A stretch of DNA of 56,289 bases, counting the filler, from Catajapyx aquilonaris (lineage: Eukaryota), in assembly GCA_000934665.2 (NCBI GenBank). It is 4 parts of 4 records of this genome, joined end to end, with 100 filler letters (N's around TTAATTAATTAA, not from the genome) between each part and the next. Parts side by side here need not be neighbours in the genome. Positions count along the whole stretch, not along the records: positions 42,308 to 56,289 come from JYFJ02007922.1; 3 more parts are not named here. One strand, written 5' to 3'. Both the position numbers and the translations under genes were made by a program. This document shows positions 48,831-56,289 of this stretch, in pieces. The notes under the pieces were generated by a model that had not been told where the DNA came from, did no database searches, and worked only from the letters and a program-made list of their open reading frames with translations. Within the stretch, counting starts at the first letter, position 1; each line of letters begins with the position of its first letter.

Positions 48831-51800
48831 GGCTTACAGTCTTCTAGAAGACATGAAAAAGTGTTGTTCGGACAAACAACGCAAGTATAATAATTCTGCA
48901 GGAAGTCATTTCCACAACGCAGCAATTTTCAAGTGAACTCGACTTCAATGTGATAGAATAAAAACCTTCAAGTAGATTATATTCTTTATACCACAGGCTA
49001 CATATCCTGGCCCAAGCAGAAGAATAGCTAAATAATACGTTTTATTACAGTATACATCTGAACAGAGAAAGAAGCAGTAAGCAACACCAACAGACAATCG
49101 TGGATATAGGTGTACATCTCTTAACCTGTGTTGTTTCTTTTTAATGTGGGAGGTACGCTATAATTTTTATAGAAATACAAGTGTAATTATTAATCAAAAC
49201 ATTGCGGAGAATAATACACACATTCTGAAACGACTCCAAGGACGAAAACCTGCAAAAATAAGTGCATCTTGGCAATTTCGAGCGTCTGATGCCACCCGCT
49301 GTAGAACAAGGCCAAGCCCGAGTATAAGGTAAATAACATGAGCGTCATTATATGATTATCAAAGAGTCAGTAAACGTGCATTATCATAATAAAGTCATTA
49401 AGGAGGCTCAACATACTATGCCCATGGAACTGCTTCCATAGCAATATGTCAATTTATTTTCACTTAGACATTGTGTCACACAATCATTTTAGAATCTCGA
49501 ACCAGCCGTTATCAGGAAATCTATCATCCCTAGGATCAAAACAGAACTGTCCTAAGAATAATCTCTGGATACTATACAAAAGTGCAAAGGTATATTCACG
49601 TATTACCTTACCAATGACCTATGACGGCAGACTGCGTGTGAAAAGATGCAATTCCACTGAAGCAGCACTGTAACCCCCAAAATAAGTCGCCGTTGGAGTT
49701 CAAGAGAGGGAATAAAATATTTTTCATCCGACAAACACGTACTGGAAGTGACGTGATGTTGACAACTAGACTGCGACAGGCTTCTGATATTGATCCCACC
49801 TGTCCATCACCATTTCGTGCCCAGGTCGAGATTTATTGGTAATAATATTCTAATCGCAAGTGACTTTAATGCATGTGAATTGTGTGTCATTCATCGGCAA
49901 CTTGATGGAGCATAAATTCGCAATCACACCGAATGTCAGTCTTAAAAGACGATGGACAAATCGATATGATTCAGCACAATAAGTGAAAAGGACGACATAT
50001 GCGAGTACATGTACTACAGTACAGTGCACATTTTAGGTAATTATCTTATAAGTTCAATAACCTTGAACTAAATTTTTCATGTGTGCTCATAAGTGCTCAT
50101 GAATGCCCATTGAACCTATATAATTGCTGGAATCAATTTTTTGGAGAAATTGACAGCATTCATACTGTGTTCTTGTTGCACAGTATGAATACATGCCACG
50201 ATGTTCTACTGAATTGAAATTATTCAGCAATCGAACTGGACTTCCATGAGCCCCACTTTCTAGGTGATCATAATTATTACAGAGCAAAAGCAAACGGTCT
50301 TATTATTATTATTTTATTTGATCATTTGTTCCACCAGTTCTTTACCTCAGGTTTCGCCACTGCAGCAGTCAATGAGCAGAGCCCAAAACGACAGGAATGA
50401 AAATTGAAAGTAATTTCTGACTCAGAAAAAGCGGATAACGCCATCCAGTTGTGGCAGGTGGCTGTAATGAACACAAAGCAGCAGCGGACAAACGCTGAAA
50501 TATTATTCTTTCACATGCTGGAATAAATATTGAAATTTGAAACATACAACACTTGTTGTGCATTATAGGCTTGCGAACAACAACACTTGTTACATATGGA
50601 AGAAATATTTTGCAGCGAAAAATTGCGCTTAATTGTTGTAAAAAAAAACACCATTATGATAAAACTCAACGTGCAAATTTTAATAATTTAGTATTAATTA
50701 AGCATCTACATTTGCAACAACTACAGATCCATTGGTGCCTAATTTTCGTCATGAATATGCATTCTGTACTTATAGCAGATATTAAAACTGACATAATTTG
50801 CATACAGTTGCATGAATATCGTCATTATCTAAAATTATCAAGTTGCCATAATAATGTACAATTATTTTCCGAAACACATCAGTTATACGTACCTAGACGT
50901 ACCTCATACAGAATAGAGGTTACAGCCTTGGAGACCTTATTTTCTGATCACTCCTCGTATTAATTATAACAATGGAATATGGAATATGATTTGCCCATAG
51001 ACGTCTCTGTAGGACGACTGCGCCAAATATGGCCGAAGCAGGGGCCGAAGGGAAAAATATGGCACAAAAAGTGCCAAAACGAGGCACAGGAAATATTTCT
51101 AACTTAACTTTTTAACCTTATCGTTAACTGACGATCAATTAAGCTTCATACAACTGCAAATATACTCTTTGCTTATGGATCCATCTATGTGAGGGAGAAG
51201 GGGTCTTGATGCAATTACTGGCATTCATCATAAAGATAGTGTACAAAGAGCAATGTAAATGAGAGGTATTGCGTCTCTATGATAATATAATAATTAGGAA
51301 CTGCTTCCATAACAATGTGTGAATTTATCTTGACACTTAAAAAACTGTCACCCAATATTTCATTTTCACAAATTAACACTGTTCGCTTCAATTGCAGATT
51401 GCTGTCTTCCCCAGGGTGACACTTCACATGCGGGAGAAACCTTGGGGGAACATTTCACAGCAGACCAAGACTGGACCAAGGGCTGGACAAACCCAAAGCA
51501 ACGGTGACTCGTCGCCAGATAGGCATGTAAATACAGTATTCATTTCTGCTTAGATCCATTAGGCCCTATGTGAGGTTGGAAACAATAAGGCTTTCATTAA
51601 CTACATCCTGATACGGTATAACTCTAAACATTCCAATATTGCAAATTGTGTTGCATAAATTACTCATCCATCAAGTACTTAAAAATTAGGATGTAAGGAA
51701 TACAATTTGCATATAAATAATTCATTGACATAAACTACTGTCTTAAGACAAACCCTTAATGAAAAAATAGCTAATATAAAAGTGGGGTTTGGACCAGTAA

Positions 51801-51943
51801 GTCGAGTAGGGGTTATTGTGCAACTATGGTATGCATGTGGATGGAGCAAACCTCTACATGTGGGAATGTGTTGCACATTCCATCAGGAAATGAAGACATT
51901 TAAAAACGACTCATAGCTACTTTTGTAGTCTCGAAAAGATGTC

Positions 51944-52057
51944 ACCCATCGAAACTTTATCCACATAAGCATATATACTCTGTCCGATCCGGGGATCGAA
52001 CTCGGGACCTTAGAGGTGTTAGGCTGCGGCGCTAACCACTCCGCCACCGTGTCGCCC
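51944..52057 (-). mobile_element. SINE family B, 5' portion (reverse)
   Basis: Reverse complement aligns with 30689-30798. Confidence 0.85.
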
Positions 52058-53355
52058 AACAGATGACAGTATTGTTGCGGTACCATGAAGCCATACAGCA
52101 TCACCTACACAAAGGGCAACTCCATCCCTCATGTTGCCGCGTCACTCAAATATGCCCATATCAGCTATTATTATATTAGCCTTAATCATAGCCTGCTGGA
52201 TCCGGATCCAAAAGTCTTATAATTATGTTCATTGGCATAATGTCATCCCAGCCTATGCCATGACGATCAACAATAACTCGTAGGGCCAGATCAGCACGTT
52301 AGCATTTCCCTGGATGAACCTGTCTTCTCAAAATCATGGCCAGCTGCATGTGGCACTGTCCAGGTCTCGCAACCCAAGTCAGGTCAAAGTATTCACTACT
52401 CCTACTGCTCAACAGGGAACATTGCTCTCCAACAACAGAGTGTTTACACACAATGTTGTATATCGGGATATATAAACTTCCAGTTTCCGATAACCCCTCT
52501 TGTTTCATAAAACAATGAGTGCGAAGGAGTATTACACCAAATACTGTATACGTGTAGATAAGTTCTCACTTTGGGGGATTTAAAAGTCTAACCTCAACCA
52601 AGGAAATGCCAAAAACCAGAACCATCAATCATATATATAGCTTTTTTTCACATCGTTAAGGTAAATTCAGGTTAACACTCTTTAGTTATGAATGCATTAT
52701 TTGTGTTTGAATAAGGGGCCATAATGCATTTACAGGCATTAATTTGCACAACTAGCAATGGAAGAAAGAGAGGGCAAACGCGCCGAGAACTACGGATCTC
52801 ACCGCCCAAGAAAAATCTACGGAGAAGACTAGGTCAAGGGCCGATTAGCTGCTCAATAACATCAAAGTAATGCAACTGAATACTTGCAGAGAAAGGCTGT
52901 TCCTACCTGTCCATCACCATTTTGTGACCATGAGTAGAGATTTATTGGCAATAATTCTAATCTCAAGTGCCTTTAATGCATGTGAATTGCGTGTCATTCA
53001 TCGGCAACTTGAGAGGAACGATGGCATAAATTCGTAATCACACAGACGTAAGAGACCAAATCGATATGAGTCAGTACAATGTATGTATAGGCCGGTGTTT
53101 CTAAGTACATGGTGCAGCTTCTACTTACGAATAAAATACCTAGGAAGGTACCATTGATGACACCATAAAAGTGCGAATAAGTCCGCTACAATAAAACCCT
53201 AATTTTCAGAACCACTGATCCTGTCCATCATAGGGATATATTGACAGTAATCTAATCTCGCAAGCGCCTCATTCATGGGCACAGCCGGAGCGTAAAGGTG
53301 CCTTAAATATTTAATGGGCAAAAGCTGGAACAAGAATCGATGGGATTGAACCAAA

Positions 53356-54796
53356 ATGCGCAACACATGTCACAGTATCCTCCAGAAAATGAGGCGAGAA
53401 ACACGAATTGCTGGTATAACTCTAAGTAATGGGTGGGTACGAAATGAGTCTGACACAGGGTCATTGTGTGATGTGTTTAGACCATTGGCGATACTGGGTG
53501 TGCTCGGAGGAATATTACAGTTTGAAGACAAGAAGAAGAGAAAGTGTGTGAAGCGTTTGCCAAGTGCGGTTCACTTCTCGCTGTTAGTTGTGTACATCGC
53601 AGTTTTCTTCGTGGACACACCGCCACAGTTGGCAAAGTTGGCCGAATTAGGCTCGACAGCCAGAGTTACATTCGTTACTTTTTATGTCACGACCAGATGC
53701 GGACCTTGGGTCATGTTTATGCTGATGCAACGAAAGGTCCACTCAGCCTGGATGGTCATCAAAACAATGCCTGACACAACCATAGACATGCCCAAGCTGC
53801 ACAAACGATCGGTAATGCTCGTGATAATTTTCTTCATTGTGAGTTTCATTGTTCCTCTCAGTACTCTTTGTGATGCCATTTACTTCGACTCATTGGATGA
53901 CCCAATGGCCCTCATGTTTGTGTTTGTCACATGGCACTGCGAGTTCCTGTTCTACATAATACCAGTGCAGTTGATATGCTTGACGGTGATGCTGTGCGAA
54001 ATTATGGGGATTGAGAACCGCGGTATGATCAAAGCCTGCAGATTCATCGAGACTGAGTCGACCCAGGTTAACCACCAGTTTTTTAACGCTAAACTAGAAC
54101 AGTTTCTGAACAGCGTCTGCAAAACTATTGATGTTGTGGACAATATCAGCGATGTGTATGGACTGCCCATAGTGTTTATCTACTTCATCCCATTAGTGTC
54201 AATCACTTGCAACATATTCTACGTCATTTTGGTCGGATTTGATGAAGAAAAGGCTATGGCTAGTCTCATGACTGTTGTTGTAATATTGAGCAAAGTAGTG
54301 TCAGTCACCGCGTTTACAGTCGTTCTAAGCGGAATTTCTAATGAGGTGAGTATGACTCATTCATTTTGTATTACATTCTAATTCACATCTGGATTATTAT
54401 ACAGGCTTCCTCATCGCTCAAGATCCTTCACCGAGTCTGTCCTTTGCAGAAGAACGGAGGCAGTGCTTGCTTGGTTAGTTACAACAGCAGAAATGACGGA
54501 ACAATTACTATAGAGCAGACTTTCTTCTTCCATCAGGTGAAGTCTCTTATGCACAAAATGAGCGCAGCCCCCATGCAAATCACGGCTGCAAACTTTTTCG
54601 CCCTAAATCGGAGTCTGCTGACATCGGTACTTCACATAATTATACAGTAGGCTACAGTTAATCATTAATTGTAATCAATTTCAATCTTTAGATTTCAGGC
54701 GCAATTACAACCTACATAATTGTCTTGGCTCAGTTCAAAAGCGCTGAACGAGGAGACTGCACCGTTAATGTAACTAAATTCCCTAATGACCCATAA
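53356..54796 (+). CDS. Arthropod gustatory receptor (7tm_7 family), ~417 aa, 4 exons
   Basis: Exons 53356-54345, 54405-54473, 54537-54626 and 54692-54796, joined by three short phase-0 GT-AG introns near the C-terminus (the classic Gr layout). Multiple hydrophobic helices; C-terminal ITAANFFALNRSLLTS|ISGAITTYIIVLAQF contains the TYhhhhhQF signature. The start could be the Met at 53389. Confidence 0.93.
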
Positions 54797-56193
54797 AATA
54801 TCGCATTTATTATTATTTAACATACATTTATGAATGAGTATGATTTTTTTTTAAATCAGATGTAAAGCTGGCCAGCATAATAACATTCCTGACTTGCACA
54901 ATTCATGTAGCCTACTTACTTTAGAATGATGAAGTCAAACAACAAATAAATATTGCAAGTAGGTTTCTGCCATCGAATTACTGAGGTTCAACACTTACCA
55001 ATGAACGCTTCTTACTACACACCAGTATGTGACGACTCATAATTACATATTGTTGCATAAAAAGCAGCAAGTTTTATGAGTGCGACTGTTGAGACATCTA
55101 CACGTTTTTCAGTCATTATGTGCTATTACGCGAACTATTTTCCAATTGTACACTACAGACTTTCTCGCCTAATTTGGCCCCTTTTCGGTCGGTCATGACA
55201 GCCAGGAGTGAATAATGGCATATTCTTGGCACGCATTTTGGTATCAACATTCCTATAATCCTTGGATAATTTATTGTACAGATATAAATATTTGGCATGT
55301 AACATGAGAGGTTACAACAAATTACAAAATTGCAAATTATTATTACTTTACACAACCATATGTTTGGCCAAAGCAACTATGGCTATCTGGCTGTAAGAAG
55401 AAGCAAAGGTGGGACAGATGGAGGGAGAAACAAAGAATCAATTGCCAAGTCTTACGTAAACGTTAATTAGAATAAGTGTCACACAGTTTATGTTCACAAA
55501 AATGGTAATGCGAAATGTACACCAAATAGTCCGGAAGCAGTCAATTTCTTCAAGGGATTAGTCATAGTGCAAGAAGAAGAAAAATATATCAAATTTACAC
55601 TATGTGGATAATAAGTTTGCATCATTATGCAGAATACATTAAGCAAAATAAAACTCTTGCTGTGGATGTTATGTAGGCTATATAAAAACGTAACTGCACA
55701 GCTGGAAGACCACAAATCCGACCTTCCACAAGTTGTGTTCATATATTCTGCAGAAATTCAATCAGACTCTAACGATGGTATAAAAGTGATTGTCAGCTTA
55801 ACGCCTTAGCTGGCAAAGAAAGCCTGTCATTTCCACGTGCTCATCCATCAAAATAACTACGTCCTTCAGAAAGTACGACCCTTTATCAGGGCCTACTGTT
55901 GCCTTCAATATTTAAATAACTCTTGTACTATAGAGTGTCCACCAATCTATATAACTCTCCAGTAAATGTACATCAGTGACATGGGCCAGCAAAAGGTACA
56001 AGTTTTTAATTAGAGTGGTTGTCCCAGGGGTTCATATGATTATTAAAATAATTGGTAACTGACATACGTATAGTACTATAGTGCATAAGCTGTCCTCATC
56101 GAGCATGTGATGGCATCTATGCACCTTATAATAAAACTGGTGGAGGGGGGTAGAGACGCATCTGTCTTCTCTACAATACTCATATATTGGTGA

Positions 56194-56289
56194 CTAGCAG
56201 CGGTACCCGTTCTTCGCACGGGAAAAAAAGAGCGTGGATAATTACACCGAAATCTTCTTAGATCTCAAGCAATATTAAATGCAAAACTG
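56194..56289 (-). mobile_element. Helitron 3' terminus
   Basis: Minus strand reads hairpin CCCGTGCGAAGAACGGG, then 8 nt, then CTAG followed by T; this is the canonical Helitron end. The element runs off the window. Confidence 0.65.

Noticed and set aside
55116..55809. Hydrophobic short ORFs downstream of the Gr as a second receptor gene
   Set aside because: AT-rich DNA yields such ORFs; no Gr signature or coherent exon structure was found.
1..56289. A functional system linking Arf-like, HP1, zinc-finger and Gr genes
   Set aside because: They lie on three different scaffolds joined by artificial spacers; only the Arf-like gene and the HP1 pseudogene are truly adjacent.

Overview
Eukaryotic (arthropod, probably hexapod) genomic DNA. 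The window is not one locus. It is four ~14-kb scaffolds (1-13993, 14094-28081, 28182-42207, 42308-56289) joined by artificial 100-bp spacers (44 N + TTAATTAATTAA + 44 N). Scaffold 1 is almost all non-coding, with one unexplained coding-like block at its right end. Scaffold 2 carries an intact four-coding-exon, 175-aa divergent Arf-family GTPase. Its first coding intron has the hallmarks of a U12 (minor spliceosome) intron and its switch II lacks the catalytic Gln. The scaffold also has a duplicated promoter/first exon and a convergent, transposon-disrupted HP1 chromoshadow pseudogene. Scaffold 3 has a damaged C2H2 zinc-finger gene with a large foldback just 3' of it and a mariner/solo-LTR nest in its intron. 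Scaffold 4 has a nest of decayed transposons (non-LTR RT/RNase H, Sola, Academ, foldback), an intact four-exon gustatory receptor gene and a Helitron end. Three tRNA-headed SINE families and several MITEs with clear TIRs/TSDs are present. No CRISPR array, rRNA or true tRNA gene was seen. All calls come from manual reading; no database search was run.
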